DNA from: a virus
DNA: 64,000 bases
IMG/VR virus record: IMGVR_UViG_3300024312_000003
Coordinates: 116,491-180,490 of that record
Strand: one strand, 5' to 3'
Shown here: in pieces, positions 47,516 to 58,576 of the stretch
Position numbering within the stretch: the first letter of the stretch is position 1
Layout: every line of letters starts with the position of its first letter
The notes under the pieces: generated by a model
Database searches by the model: none
Seen by the model: only the letters and a program-made list of their open reading frames with translations
What the model was told of the DNA's origin: nothing
Translations under genes and position numbers: made by a program

Positions 47516-48874
47516 TCATAATCCTTTAAAAACTTGACGTTTCACAAATATAGCAAAATTAGTAGTCGATATATATCTGTTATTTAAAAGACCATCTCCG
47601 ACCATTTGAACATAGTGGTGTGCTTTCAAAATAACGCCTTCTACTTCTTTTAGTACGTCGTCTTTAAGAAATCTAAACTTAACGGGCATTCCTGGATAGA
47701 TTAAACTCATATCTGAATTTTCCCAAGACAGACTGATCATTACTCCGTCTCTGGCTGCTAGTTTTGACAACTCAAATTTAGCATTGGAAGATATTCTCTC
47801 GGAACTCAATGCTGCATTATTAAGACCATTTGGTCTATTAAGAGTAACAAACTCACTGTTGTTTTTACCACGACTAACAACTGCTTTGTTATCGGAAATA
47901 TCTACAAAACTTTCCATGTACTTATTTGCATCTGAAAAGCGCAATCCATTACCCATGTTTAGCAATTGAGGTTCACTGACATCGGTGAACTTTGTATCCC
48001 CAGTTGCCAAAATGATTGTGTGTGAACCTTCGGTTATAAACGATTTCTCATTACCAGGCAATCTTCTAGATGGCACATTAATGATTGTCATTATTTTATC
48101 TGTGGTATTGAAACGCTCAGTATTGTACGTCGGATAAACGAACCAATAGTCATCTTGAAAGTAATAACTAAATCCAGTAGAATATACACCGCCACATTTC
48201 TTGTGAATGTATCCTGGTACATCCACCACCCTCGTTCCTTGCGGAATGACAAAATGCTCTCTTTTCTCAAGATTATCAACCGGAATCATATTGACTCCAA
48301 GCGGCATCATTTCTGAAGAAATTTCAACCTTACCAGAATGAAGAGTCAGCATCGATTTAATAAGATCGTCACAGCTGGTATTTCTGAAAACACCACCAAC
48401 AGTCATCATTCTCAATTGATCTATTGTTGTAGGAATAAGTTGAACGTCAATAGTCAATAATTGAGTTATATTCAGATTCTTTTCAGTTGACTCGTTCTTT
48501 GTATTTTGCTCTACCGCCATTGCTGGCGGTTTTATGACGCTTGCTACATATCTGTGACTCCAGCTGGCTTTGCTTGGAATCAATCTTTCAGCGCTATTTT
48601 TAGTAGAGGAGAATTTATACAAAGTCGCTTCTAAGTTATCGAGGTGTGGGTAGAGTTTAAACATCCAATCGCCACCAGGAATCACCACACTTACCAATAA
48701 CTCATCACCAAAGTTATCTTCATAATCTCTGGTTACATCTATCGATACTAATTTGAAAATATCGACATCTTCTGCTGGTGTGTGAAATTGAAGCAACCAT
48801 GCTTCGTATTTTGGATTGGCATTATTGAGTATGTTCTTAATGTCCAGTCCAAGAACAGAATCCAATATATCCAT
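47516..48874 (-). CDS. phiKZ-like virion (baseplate hub-like) protein
   Basis: Size and position in the structural module; GGVY..GF..Y, L.PGMPV patterns. Confidence 0.6.
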   Translation of the reverse strand: MDILDSVLGLDIKNILNNANPKYEAWLLQFHTPAEDVDIFKLVSIDVTRDYEDNFGDELLVSVVIPGGDWMFKLYPHLDNLEATLYKFSSTKNSAERLIPSKASWSHRYVASVIKPPAMAVEQNTKNESTEKNLNITQLLTIDVQLIPTTIDQLRMMTVGGVFRNTSCDDLIKSMLTLHSGKVEISSEMMPLGVNMIPVDNLEKREHFVIPQGTRVVDVPGYIHKKCGGVYSTGFSYYFQDDYWFVYPTYNTERFNTTDKIMTIINVPSRRLPGNEKSFITEGSHTIILATGDTKFTDVSEPQLLNMGNGLRFSDANKYMESFVDISDNKAVVSRGKNNSEFVTLNRPNGLNNAALSSERISSNAKFELSKLAARDGVMISLSWENSDMSLIYPGMPVKFRFLKDDVLKEVEGVILKAHHYVQMVGDGLLNNRYISTTNFAIFVKRQVFKGL

Positions 48875-49677
48875 TACTGACCTCTCTTGACAAGACTACT
48901 GTACGACAGTTTTTGACCACCGAGAAATTTTCCTCTTGACGTTTTGTCTTGGACATTAGAGGATGCGTCATCGTGAAAACCGTATGGTCTCTGCCCTTGT
49001 GACTTTTCCTCAGTAACAAAACTCGTAAAATTATTTCTTTTAGGAAATACTCTTTCTGGTTCAGGTTCTGGTTGTGTGGGTGCAGAACTTTTATCAGATA
49101 CGAATCTTATACTTCCTTTGTACTCTTGTGGTTTTGTGGAAACTGGAGTGCTGAAAATTTTGGATATTCCATTTAGCTTCTTCATGGAATCTGGCATTAC
49201 TGCTTGTAATTCACTGAAGAATTCTTCAGTGATGTGATATTTTGCATGTTCGTAAATTGAATTGGCAAAGTCATCTAGTTTCTTTAGGTCTTCTATCGGG
49301 GCTATAGAAAGATTACGAGTATGTCTAATTTCTGACATCCAGACATTAAGATGGTTTGTGATTCTATTATAGATTTCAAGAACTGTTTCTTCTGAAGGAA
49401 TGTAAATTTGTCCACCAGAATGATAACACTCAACCATCTTATCGATTGTCCACATGACCGTTATCTTTTCATACGGGTCATCATATTCACGCATACCTGA
49501 AGTCGGTACTCCAAAATATTGAATATCCTCAGTTGTGCGAGTGTGAATCAAAGGCACTCTTATTAAAAATATTTCTTTGAATATTCCGTATCTTGAATCA
49601 CTAATAGGGATGTTGAGATCTTGGGAATTGCTCATGGTTACTCTTTCTTTAAGACAGAGTGTGGGAGCAATTCCCAC
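48874..49677 (-). CDS. phiKZ-like virion-associated protein
   Basis: Synteny in structural module. Confidence 0.55.
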   Translation of the reverse strand: MGIAPTLCLKERVTMSNSQDLNIPISDSRYGIFKEIFLIRVPLIHTRTTEDIQYFGVPTSGMREYDDPYEKITVMWTIDKMVECYHSGGQIYIPSEETVLEIYNRITNHLNVWMSEIRHTRNLSIAPIEDLKKLDDFANSIYEHAKYHITEEFFSELQAVMPDSMKKLNGISKIFSTPVSTKPQEYKGSIRFVSDKSSAPTQPEPEPERVFPKRNNFTSFVTEEKSQGQRPYGFHDDASSNVQDKTSRGKFLGGQKLSYSSLVKRGQ

Positions 49678-49683
49678 ACTCTG

Positions 49684-51126
49684 TTATATGCTTCTTATCA
49701 ATGACTTTATTAAAAACAGAACAATTGGAACGTAATAGAACTGATCAAGAGGATTCCATTCTGGGATAGAGTCTGCAATTTTCTTAACAGACTTTAAGTC
49801 CAGTGATTCGTCTTTTATGTATCTTCTAATCATTACTTCCAGTAGGCTTTGTTTGCCAGGTTCTGAATCGTTTTCATAAAAGGCTTGAGATAAAACGTAA
49901 TAACCATCTTTAAAAGACGGATGTATAACTGGCGGTTCATTATCGATAGATGGCTTACCTGGTAAAGTAAACCCAGACAACACATCATCTACGACATCGG
50001 AGAGAGTTTTTGGACGAAGTTGTGATAAGTAACCACCTATTGATCTCAATGAAGTCTCTGGAGAAGTGACATCACCAGTTATTGTCTTTGGCACTCTTGT
50101 ATATGTATAGTCTACATTAACAGAGGGATCGGCCGGATAAATTACTTCTTTTATGCCGCTGAATCTAATACTCTCGTGCAGCGGTTCGTAAGAAAACATA
50201 TTGCTGTAGACTTTACCAGCTTTTGTAAAGCTGTGTTTTAACAATACTTCATTCTTAGTGAACATTGCGTCCCAGAAAGAGGTGGCTCTCAGAGTATTGT
50301 CGTCGTCTACATTTAGTTTTCTGATGTATCTTATTTCATCAGAATCCCAGGTGGAGAAATTCTTCAAAATAGCGGTGGTATGATAGTGATCATACGTTGG
50401 AGTATTTTGAAGAGGCACCAGCATAACACTGTATTCTCTACTGAAGAAAGATTTGAAATAACTATCAGCAATGTTTCTGTAGCTATTTTGGAGTTGTTTA
50501 AGAACAACGTAATCTTCTTCAAAAAGAAGTGGATTCTGTCCATGTATCAGAAAATCTTTTTGATAAAAGAAAGTCTGTATTACCTTAGAGTTAAGATCGT
50601 TTCTTCTCTGATTAGACGAGTAGTCAATAAGAGAATAATCTATAACGTGACACGTTTGAGTCATGATGCTCATTCTGGTCACGTTTGTTATTTGGAATAC
50701 ACCCTCTCTTCCAGAACCAATGTCTGCTAAAAATACATCACCTTCGTTAGGGATAACAAAAGGATAGACAGTAGCGCTACCTGTGGTAGTCATTGTTTTG
50801 GAATCAGAATCCTGACTGGTTACCAAGGGACTGGTAACCTTTAATTCCATTCCATTTATTAATTTATATTGCTGGTGAACTGGATTCGTACCCAGACCTT
50901 GTCCAGCAGAGGCATTATCTTTATTTAGAATTTGACTATAGTAGTTAACACTCCAAGAACTACCTTCAACGTGAGATAACAATGAACTAACCGGAATTAG
51001 TTTGGTATCAACAGTGACACCTTTGTATTCTGGTTTTGCTATTGCTACTGTGATTGGTTTTGGAGCATCAACAATGTCATTTTTTGGATTAACTAATGGC
51101 ATTTTAATTCCTATTACCGGCACCAA
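49684..51126 (-). CDS. phiKZ-like virion structural protein
   Basis: VEGSSWSVNYYSQ, PN.GD.F.ADIG.GR. Confidence 0.7.
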   Translation of the reverse strand: MVPVIGIKMPLVNPKNDIVDAPKPITVAIAKPEYKGVTVDTKLIPVSSLLSHVEGSSWSVNYYSQILNKDNASAGQGLGTNPVHQQYKLINGMELKVTSPLVTSQDSDSKTMTTTGSATVYPFVIPNEGDVFLADIGSGREGVFQITNVTRMSIMTQTCHVIDYSLIDYSSNQRRNDLNSKVIQTFFYQKDFLIHGQNPLLFEEDYVVLKQLQNSYRNIADSYFKSFFSREYSVMLVPLQNTPTYDHYHTTAILKNFSTWDSDEIRYIRKLNVDDDNTLRATSFWDAMFTKNEVLLKHSFTKAGKVYSNMFSYEPLHESIRFSGIKEVIYPADPSVNVDYTYTRVPKTITGDVTSPETSLRSIGGYLSQLRPKTLSDVVDDVLSGFTLPGKPSIDNEPPVIHPSFKDGYYVLSQAFYENDSEPGKQSLLEVMIRRYIKDESLDLKSVKKIADSIPEWNPLDQFYYVPIVLFLIKSLIRSI

Positions 51127-52639
51127 TCAATAATGACATCACTGTATTAAACTGATATACTGAATTAGTTTTATTTCTGGTGATTTCATCATCGATTAAT
51201 TCCAGAGCATTGTTGAAATCTTTTCTAGTCATGACATTACCTGGTAGAGGAGGTCCAATAACTAGTCTAGTATGTATGTCTGGTTTAAGAGCTTCAATAA
51301 CTTGTTTTGCAACAGTGTAGTTATTTCTAAGCCTATCTTTGGCTTCTTGATTTAACATCACTGGGTTCTTGTGCACAGATAGTCTGACATGATACACGTC
51401 TCTAAGACTAGGTGTGTACTTTAATCTAACCATTAGACTAGAATCTACTTCGACTCTATCGAAATCTAGTAAATTCTCAAATCTATAAACACAAACGTTG
51501 AATATAGATCTATCTAATTTACAGAGATATGGATACTCTGTATTTAAAAAAGAAAGTACTTCAGGAGTTAACTTGTAATCGTCAAAATCCGTCAGAGTCA
51601 TTAACGCTAATGGATTATCTTGATCGATTGAAGTTAAGGCAGTGACAAGTCTTAAAGTGTTTGGTGGTATTTCAGCCGGGATGAACTCGTCAAAACTAGG
51701 TATTGAGATTCCAGGTAAGCCGTGTTTGCTGGGAGATCTTGTCGATCTCATGGATGCTAGTGCTCTGGAAGATATGGAGTAATTAGACTGATAGTTGTTG
51801 ACTTGAGCTGGTGCTTCAGTCGGCCTGTACTTCGATGATAGCAGTTGATTGTGTATCATCAACGGATATTCTATCTCACAACTCTCAGGTCTATCATACT
51901 TGAATAAGAAACTAAAATTCACATTCCATCCACTGTGATCGGAATCTTTGGTTCCTTTTTCCGGTTCACCTTCTATCTCAAAATAACCAACTACTTCACC
52001 TTGAGTTTCAGCTATAGCCCACTCTGGATTATTACCTATGGCATTGGTAACTATTGTGGCTTTCTTTGTAAACTTTTCTTTTATATAAGTATCAAGATCT
52101 TGACCATACCCCGCCACATTCTCACGAAGTCTGTGCAATTCTTTCACAAGAGCCATGCATTCTTTTGGAATCAAATAACTATAAGTTACCGTAAACAGTC
52201 TTGATTCTCTGTTTGCTGAGATCATAGTTCTCATTCCATCTATCCAGCGCTGTGCTGAATCGTGGTCTGTGAATCTATGTGTTATACTTAATCGAGCATC
52301 TACCGGAACATAAACTGGTTTAATGTATGCTCTGATTTTATCATCGTAGTAAACATGCGGATTGTCGTCGTAGTAAACAGCTGTAGACAATATTCTAGTG
52401 GCTTGTGCCGTTTCATCTAATTCGACATACCACTTTGGATCTGTTCCGAAAGCATTGAAATCTTCATCGACGCCAACACTTGAGCCCGGTTGTTTGTTTC
52501 TGTCGGTCTCACCGTCGTATTGTATTTTTGTTGTATTTGGTATACCTGACCATTCCATCACTTGCCTGACAATGTCAAACACGACGGGTCTGGTAACACT
52601 TTCTCGCAAACTTGCGATTGGAAATATAACCTTAGGCAC
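51104..52639 (-). CDS. phiKZ-like virion structural protein
   Basis: VTRPVV..I...V, YPLMIHNQ. Confidence 0.7.
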   Translation of the reverse strand: MPKVIFPIASLRESVTRPVVFDIVRQVMEWSGIPNTTKIQYDGETDRNKQPGSSVGVDEDFNAFGTDPKWYVELDETAQATRILSTAVYYDDNPHVYYDDKIRAYIKPVYVPVDARLSITHRFTDHDSAQRWIDGMRTMISANRESRLFTVTYSYLIPKECMALVKELHRLRENVAGYGQDLDTYIKEKFTKKATIVTNAIGNNPEWAIAETQGEVVGYFEIEGEPEKGTKDSDHSGWNVNFSFLFKYDRPESCEIEYPLMIHNQLLSSKYRPTEAPAQVNNYQSNYSISSRALASMRSTRSPSKHGLPGISIPSFDEFIPAEIPPNTLRLVTALTSIDQDNPLALMTLTDFDDYKLTPEVLSFLNTEYPYLCKLDRSIFNVCVYRFENLLDFDRVEVDSSLMVRLKYTPSLRDVYHVRLSVHKNPVMLNQEAKDRLRNNYTVAKQVIEALKPDIHTRLVIGPPLPGNVMTRKDFNNALELIDDEITRNKTNSVYQFNTVMSLLIGAGNRN

Positions 52640-52719
52640 TTTTGCCTCCTAATTGTTCATCACACGATAAGAACAAGACATACCAAAAGGCATAAAGAGG
52701 GGAGATCCCCTCTTTATGT

Positions 52720-53829
52720 TTATTGCTCTGATTCAGCTTTCTTTTTAGAATCAAATTCCTTAAAAGCTCTAATAGAACGCTTACAATAATCCAAGATATC
52801 CTTAGTTGTGTCTATTGTGGTGTCCATTGCAGAATACTGAATACCCTTGACAGCGATCGGATATATGGCGGTTGCAGTTATTGCCTTGATTGATTTGGCA
52901 TCCTTACCTATGTCTCTAGCTGACTCTGCAATTTTCTTCAATTCGGAATGCAATCTTCCAAACTCAATGATTTCGTGTGCAAAGCTTTCAGCTATCTTAC
53001 TTATTTCCCAAATCTCACTTGCAGATAGGGCGGGCAATCTTTCCCTATCCGGTATGACTTCCATATTTCTAGCAACACCGATTTTATAGCCAGAAATATT
53101 TTTATCACTATTTGGAATTATTGCATAGATATATCTTTCTCCAGGATGTGGTCCTGTTTGATAAATCTTGTAATCTGAATCCGAATACATGTCCTTTAGG
53201 AATACGGGTACTCCATTAGGTGTCATGATTTTTTCAATTGGAGTAAGTAGTTCTTTTTTAATTTCGGAAACAACAGAATCCACCTGAGAATCTTCGGCTG
53301 TCTTTAGTTTATCGAGTAACGTTGCCAAGGCAGCGTAATTCATACCGTGATATGCGGCACCAGACAAATTGACCAATCTTCTATATGCTTCTTGAAGATT
53401 TCCGCCACCTTTACTCATGTATAAAGATGAAGCCAGTCTTTGACTGATTATTGTAACGTCTCTTCTTCTTATTGAGGTTATACCGGCTAGTCTTCCTTGA
53501 ATAACTTGTAATTCAGAGAGAATAGACTCTGCTGCAAAACGATAGTAATTAAAGTTAGCCAGTATCTTATCTATGGTGTTTAGAATAGCTTGAATTATTG
53601 CTTTGGCTATTCTTTTTATTTTATCTGTGAAAGTTTCGTTAGATTCCAAACCTAAACTATCGACAGAATTGTATTTGGAATACATGGATTCAAAAGCAAC
53701 AAATACAATATTCATTGCTTCAGTCGATAAATTATTTTGTTCACAAAGTTCCATTAACTCAGATAAGTTACATGCATCTTCCAAACACATTTGTAACTTA
53801 TCATTAATTTGTTTGTTTGTTAAATTCAT
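52720..53829 (-). CDS. Internal head (inner-body) protein paralogue
   Basis: S/A/G-x-E processing motifs; LPG/HPG core shared with neighbours. Confidence 0.65.
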   Translation of the reverse strand: MNLTNKQINDKLQMCLEDACNLSELMELCEQNNLSTEAMNIVFVAFESMYSKYNSVDSLGLESNETFTDKIKRIAKAIIQAILNTIDKILANFNYYRFAAESILSELQVIQGRLAGITSIRRRDVTIISQRLASSLYMSKGGGNLQEAYRRLVNLSGAAYHGMNYAALATLLDKLKTAEDSQVDSVVSEIKKELLTPIEKIMTPNGVPVFLKDMYSDSDYKIYQTGPHPGERYIYAIIPNSDKNISGYKIGVARNMEVIPDRERLPALSASEIWEISKIAESFAHEIIEFGRLHSELKKIAESARDIGKDAKSIKAITATAIYPIAVKGIQYSAMDTTIDTTKDILDYCKRSIRAFKEFDSKKKAESEQ

Positions 53830-53874
53830 AAAGGATTCCTCTTTAAACAGAGAGGAAAATCCTCTCTGTTTAAA

Positions 53875-55185
53875 TTACGCAGTTTTAGTGTCTAGACAAA
53901 CGTTAATATAATCTAGTCCTGCATTGATAACTTTGTAAGATTCTGCTAATGGAATAGATAGCATCACACTAGTTGTTGTAATGATATTTTTAACTAGGTG
54001 ATAAATATCATTATTTATTCTTTTTCTTTCCGCAAGTGATCCCCAAAAATTAACACTATTATTATCATTATCAATAAAGTTAATCAGATACTGTTCAGCA
54101 TTTTCTAATTTTTTAATTAAATCTATCGAGTCTTCTTTAGCTTTATTGTATTTGGTAATAAAGCTATTAGCAACATCTAAGATTTCTAATAATGAATTAA
54201 AAGGTAATTTTGACCATTCTAAATTTGATAGGTCTGTATCTTCTATATTCTTTTTGATTATAAATTTTGCATATCTTAATCCCTCGGTTGTTTCCGGAAC
54301 AAGACAGCTCATATTTATTCCACCAGGTAATGATTCTGGATAGCTATAAGGGGTAACATGCTCTTTGGGTAACTCATTGATTTCATTAGAATGAGTTAAT
54401 TTTTTGCTGCATGTTTTAATAAGGGATTGTTTAAAAGATTCTAACAATTCGCTAGTTGTGGGTTTTCCTTCAAAGTTTTTATCAGTTAATAGTTTATTAA
54501 AACTATTATTTAATTTGATACCAAAATCTACCCGCATGAAATATGCGGCAGACTCAAATGTTAGCATATATGCCTTCCAGGCTTTAGTAATTTGCTGTGG
54601 AATATCGGTGTATGTTTTACGACCATCGATGTACAGTGCATTACTTATGCGTTCGTTTTTAAAGACACCATTAGGATTGTAGTCTTTTTTAGATTTATTT
54701 AAGAGTTCTGTCAAATTCTTCACTCTAGATTCAACAGTATTTAATTTATTAAAAATACTTTTTATTAAATTCTTTATAAAAAGTATTGCATTCTTTATAA
54801 ACGATTTAATCATTTCTGGAATCTTGGATAAAGTATCCGATATAGATTCCATTGCTTGTGCTGCCGTCTTATTCTTAAAATCAGTATTCGTTATAAGTTT
54901 AAATTCTAGCGATTCGTTAATTGATTCTAAAGAAGCCCTAAGCAACTTAGCTTCAAGTTGAGTTATATTATCGGTTCTTGTACCGATGGAATCTCTAATT
55001 GATTCCAATGAATGACCGATGTCCCCAATGACATCAGATGTCATTTCCAAATCAATGATGAGTTCTGTAATTTCTTCTAAACTGATACTTTCAGCTTGAG
55101 CTATATCGGCTTCGAGCTTTTTTATTTCGTTCTCTTTGTTTTGCATTTGTACAACAGTCATTAATGGAAGTGATTTATTTTTCAT
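53875..55185 (-). CDS. Internal head protein paralogue
   Basis: SLE/AME motifs in acidic N-terminus; S..LPG core. Confidence 0.65.
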   Translation of the reverse strand: MKNKSLPLMTVVQMQNKENEIKKLEADIAQAESISLEEITELIIDLEMTSDVIGDIGHSLESIRDSIGTRTDNITQLEAKLLRASLESINESLEFKLITNTDFKNKTAAQAMESISDTLSKIPEMIKSFIKNAILFIKNLIKSIFNKLNTVESRVKNLTELLNKSKKDYNPNGVFKNERISNALYIDGRKTYTDIPQQITKAWKAYMLTFESAAYFMRVDFGIKLNNSFNKLLTDKNFEGKPTTSELLESFKQSLIKTCSKKLTHSNEINELPKEHVTPYSYPESLPGGINMSCLVPETTEGLRYAKFIIKKNIEDTDLSNLEWSKLPFNSLLEILDVANSFITKYNKAKEDSIDLIKKLENAEQYLINFIDNDNNSVNFWGSLAERKRINNDIYHLVKNIITTTSVMLSIPLAESYKVINAGLDYINVCLDTKTA

Positions 55186-55257
55186 GGTTAACTCACAATT
55201 TGTTTAAGCTATCATAAAATAGGAAAGGAGGTAACCCTCCTTTCCTATTATGTTCTG

Positions 55258-56520
55258 TTACTTCCAGGCAGCCATCGAATAATCGATGTGCTTGAGTATC
55301 GTTCTGCTATTGTTGAGCGAGAAAGCAAAAGCTCTATGATGGATACCTTGAATGATTTTCGGCAGAGTTGAAGCTATTACTCTGAGCAGTTTTGTTTGTT
55401 CTGCTTGAGTTATCTTTTCTGCTCTTTCATTCAAAGCGTTAGCGATTTTCTTAGAATCTAGATAACGATTCTTTATATCATTGAAAATGCTAATGTCTTT
55501 TTGGAACTTACGAATTTGACCGCAGTTCTGAATCACCATCTTTAACAACTGGTCTTGCTCTCTCAGATCCGAAATAGGAATGTCCTTATTGATTTCAGAC
55601 TCTTCTGAATCAGAATCGACAGGGATAATCTTAAATCCGAAACTAGATATTGAATCAATGCCTTTAGGAACCATTAAAACGGCCGCCATTGAACCCATTA
55701 ACTCTGGAGACATCAAGACATCAACTCCATCCGGAACGCCGTACGAGCTTAAATTGGTATCTCCGTTCGTAACCTTTAAAAAGTTAGCAGAATAAGACTT
55801 CTGGACAACAGCCATTAATTCTTCAGAGAATTTATCCGCTGAAATTTCAGACTCTGACCCATCTAAGAGCTGAGATACCAATTTCTCAATCTTCTTAGCA
55901 GGCTCCATGTATGCTGCGCGAGTTGCAATTTCTGTTAGATCTAATGTTCTATCAAACAGATATATCAGACCAACTGAGGGATCTCCAGACAAAGCACGAG
56001 CCATGTCTTTGTTTCTGTAAGTTGTCTTCTTTGGAGCGCCGGTGAGTTTACGACTCTCTCTAAGCTTATCAACTGCTGCTTTTTCAATTCTAGCGGCTGC
56101 ATTGAACGACATTGCCAAATAATCACTTATGAAATCATAGGCACGATTAAATGCATCTATGATCATTTCCCACAAGCGCTTGACAAACTTCTTTGCTTTT
56201 TCTAGAGTTGTATCTCCGTCTTCTTCCATCGAGATAGATTGACTTGAGATACCCAATTTGATACAAGCTTGTTCAACAGCAACAGCCAACACTCTTTGAG
56301 TGGTTTCAGGAACTTTATCTTCAGGATTGGTAGGAGTTGCCGCAACCAAAATATCTTCAAGTGAACTAGCTGTCTCAATTGCTTGATCTATTTGACCAAC
56401 ACAATCTTGTTGGTAGCCTTGTTCAAAATTAAGATCGGAAACTATATCGATAGCTTCTTCGGTATTTTGTTGAGTTTGCTCTACTATGGCGTTTTCTAAA
56501 GCTGCTTTTAATTTACGCAT
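55258..56520 (-). CDS. Internal head protein paralogue
   Basis: AALE, SLE, SMEE motifs; S..L.G core. Confidence 0.7.
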   Translation of the reverse strand: MRKLKAALENAIVEQTQQNTEEAIDIVSDLNFEQGYQQDCVGQIDQAIETASSLEDILVAATPTNPEDKVPETTQRVLAVAVEQACIKLGISSQSISMEEDGDTTLEKAKKFVKRLWEMIIDAFNRAYDFISDYLAMSFNAAARIEKAAVDKLRESRKLTGAPKKTTYRNKDMARALSGDPSVGLIYLFDRTLDLTEIATRAAYMEPAKKIEKLVSQLLDGSESEISADKFSEELMAVVQKSYSANFLKVTNGDTNLSSYGVPDGVDVLMSPELMGSMAAVLMVPKGIDSISSFGFKIIPVDSDSEESEINKDIPISDLREQDQLLKMVIQNCGQIRKFQKDISIFNDIKNRYLDSKKIANALNERAEKITQAEQTKLLRVIASTLPKIIQGIHHRAFAFSLNNSRTILKHIDYSMAAWK

Positions 56521-56578
56521 TTTACTTCTCCTAGTAAAAAGAATAAAAGAGGAGCCGAAGCTCCTCTTTTATAATTGC

Positions 56579-58477
56579 TTAAGCAGCAGCTAATTGCTTA
56601 GGAGCTTCCTTACTCTTAGTGCCTGAGGCCAGAGCAAGTTGAGCGTAATCCAGAGCAGCGTTATGTACTCTGGTGGCTTCAGAAATCGAGATGAATGAGA
56701 AACCTTTAGCGACGTTAGTTATGAATCGATTAGTGGACTTGATTACGCTAAATAACTTACCAAGAGTAGCATCACCATCCTCGTAAGATTTGTCAATTCC
56801 TTTATCAGAAGCGACCAGAGAAATTTCCAAAATTGCTTTCTCAATTTTCTTATAGTTTTCTTCAAAACCTCTACGAATCTCGACAAATCTGATAGCTTCT
56901 TGAGCTATCTTTTCGATTTGTGAAGAATTCAGATTAGGAAGTTTACCAGATCCTTCGTGATTATAACTACCGACACCAATATTAAAATTAAAAGGGTTAG
57001 ATCCTTCAACAGGAATGTGTGCCCAAATCATTCTGTTACCAGGTAAAATTGGAGAGCTTACTAAGGTAGTTCCTTCCGGACCTTCCTCTATACCGAATTC
57101 AGCAGCCTTACCTGTATTGCCGGCTTTTAAGATTGAAAGGTTCAGCAGCTCAGCAACTTTGTTGAATTCTCTAAATTCACTCCTGTCATTGACGAGTTGA
57201 TTGATGTTCTTACGCAGATCAGATAACTTATCTGCCAGATCAACCAATTTTTGCGATTTAGCAGGAGATGTAGCCTCAGCAACGAAATCGTTAATCAGCT
57301 TCATTCCACCAGCTAGATCGGCAGGAACAGAAGTACCGACAACCAGCTTCTTGAACAGACCAGGAGAAGTCAGTTCCGAAGAAGAATTACCCTTGAAAGT
57401 CTTAACAGCTTCCAGAATCTTCTTAGCACGAGCTTCAATGCGTCCGGTGGCAGTAAAGATACTCTTGAAGAAGTTAGACAGGAATTCCAAGAACTTCTTA
57501 GCACCTTCAACAATGGCAGCGCCAAAGCTCTTGAGCTTACCAGCAATATCTTCCATGGCAATGGTGGTTGCACCAACGCGCGAATGCTTACCTTGGAAGG
57601 ATTCCATCGAAGGAATACCACAATAGCCAGCAAGACCAACGCGCTCGTAAGCAGCCTCAACAGCAACAGTCAGAATACGAGCAGCGTCATCGCTCAGACC
57701 ACCATTTTGAGCAGCGTCAGAAGCGATTTGACCGTATTGAGCGATTTCAGCACCAGTATCCAGCAGAGTAGACATTTCACCGCAAACTTCTTCAGCTTCG
57801 GTAGCAGCTTGAGTAGCTTGTTCCAGATCGCTTTCGATCTCTTCACCTTGATCGGCCAGCTCATTCTGTTCGTCTTCCGACAGAGCAGGCTCAACAACAG
57901 TGACGACCACGCGGGTTTCTTCAGGAACACCAGCTTCAGCCAGGGCAGCGGCGGCAGCTTGAGCGGCAACTTCAGCAGCAGGAGCTTGGGGTGTGGGTTC
58001 CGAAGCAGGGACTTCGGCGGCAGGAGCTTCGGCGGCAGGAGCTTCGGCGGCAGGAGTTTCTTCCGAAGGAACTTCAGCTCCAACTTCAGGAGATGCGTCA
58101 GAAACTACTGTTTCATCAGCAGCGGGAGCAGATGTAGTTTCCATCTCAGAAACTTCTCTTTGTAGTTGTTCGATGAGGGCCTTCTTCTGTTCGACAGTTT
58201 GGACTTCACCGGCTTCGGTTGCAGGAGCAACAGGTTCACCTTCAGGAGTAGCCACCGGGGTTTCAGCAGTAACAGGTACTTCGGCCGAAGCGGTGGTAAC
58301 CACGACTTCAGCAGCGGTCTGAACTTCAGGAGGAGTTTCAGAGGTAGCAGGAGGCGTGGTCGAAGCAGGAGTTTCAACAACTGCATCTGCAGGCAGTTGT
58401 TCAGAAGGATCACGCACTTCTTCGTTTTCCATCGAGGCTGCCAGGTTAGAGATAAGAGTTCTAGAAATACGACGCAT
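56579..58477 (-). CDS. Internal head protein with long acidic Ala/Glu/Pro propeptide
   Basis: SME/AME sites, low-complexity N-terminus, S..LPGN core. Confidence 0.75.
   Translation of the reverse strand: MRRISRTLISNLAASMENEEVRDPSEQLPADAVVETPASTTPPATSETPPEVQTAAEVVVTTASAEVPVTAETPVATPEGEPVAPATEAGEVQTVEQKKALIEQLQREVSEMETTSAPAADETVVSDASPEVGAEVPSEETPAAEAPAAEAPAAEVPASEPTPQAPAAEVAAQAAAAALAEAGVPEETRVVVTVVEPALSEDEQNELADQGEEIESDLEQATQAATEAEEVCGEMSTLLDTGAEIAQYGQIASDAAQNGGLSDDAARILTVAVEAAYERVGLAGYCGIPSMESFQGKHSRVGATTIAMEDIAGKLKSFGAAIVEGAKKFLEFLSNFFKSIFTATGRIEARAKKILEAVKTFKGNSSSELTSPGLFKKLVVGTSVPADLAGGMKLINDFVAEATSPAKSQKLVDLADKLSDLRKNINQLVNDRSEFREFNKVAELLNLSILKAGNTGKAAEFGIEEGPEGTTLVSSPILPGNRMIWAHIPVEGSNPFNFNIGVGSYNHEGSGKLPNLNSSQIEKIAQEAIRFVEIRRGFEENYKKIEKAILEISLVASDKGIDKSYEDGDATLGKLFSVIKSTNRFITNVAKGFSFISISEATRVHNAALDYAQLALASGTKSKEAPKQLAAA
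58012..58056. repeat. 3 x 15-bp tandem repeat encoding PAAEA
   Basis: CTTCGGCGGCAGGAG x3. Confidence 0.9.
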
Positions 58478-58576
58478 TTTTAATGCTCCATTGCAATGGT
58501 TTTTGATTGTTAAATATCGCGCGACACGATACAGTAGGACTAGAGTCGCGTCCAGTCCAACCTATAGGATGTGTTA

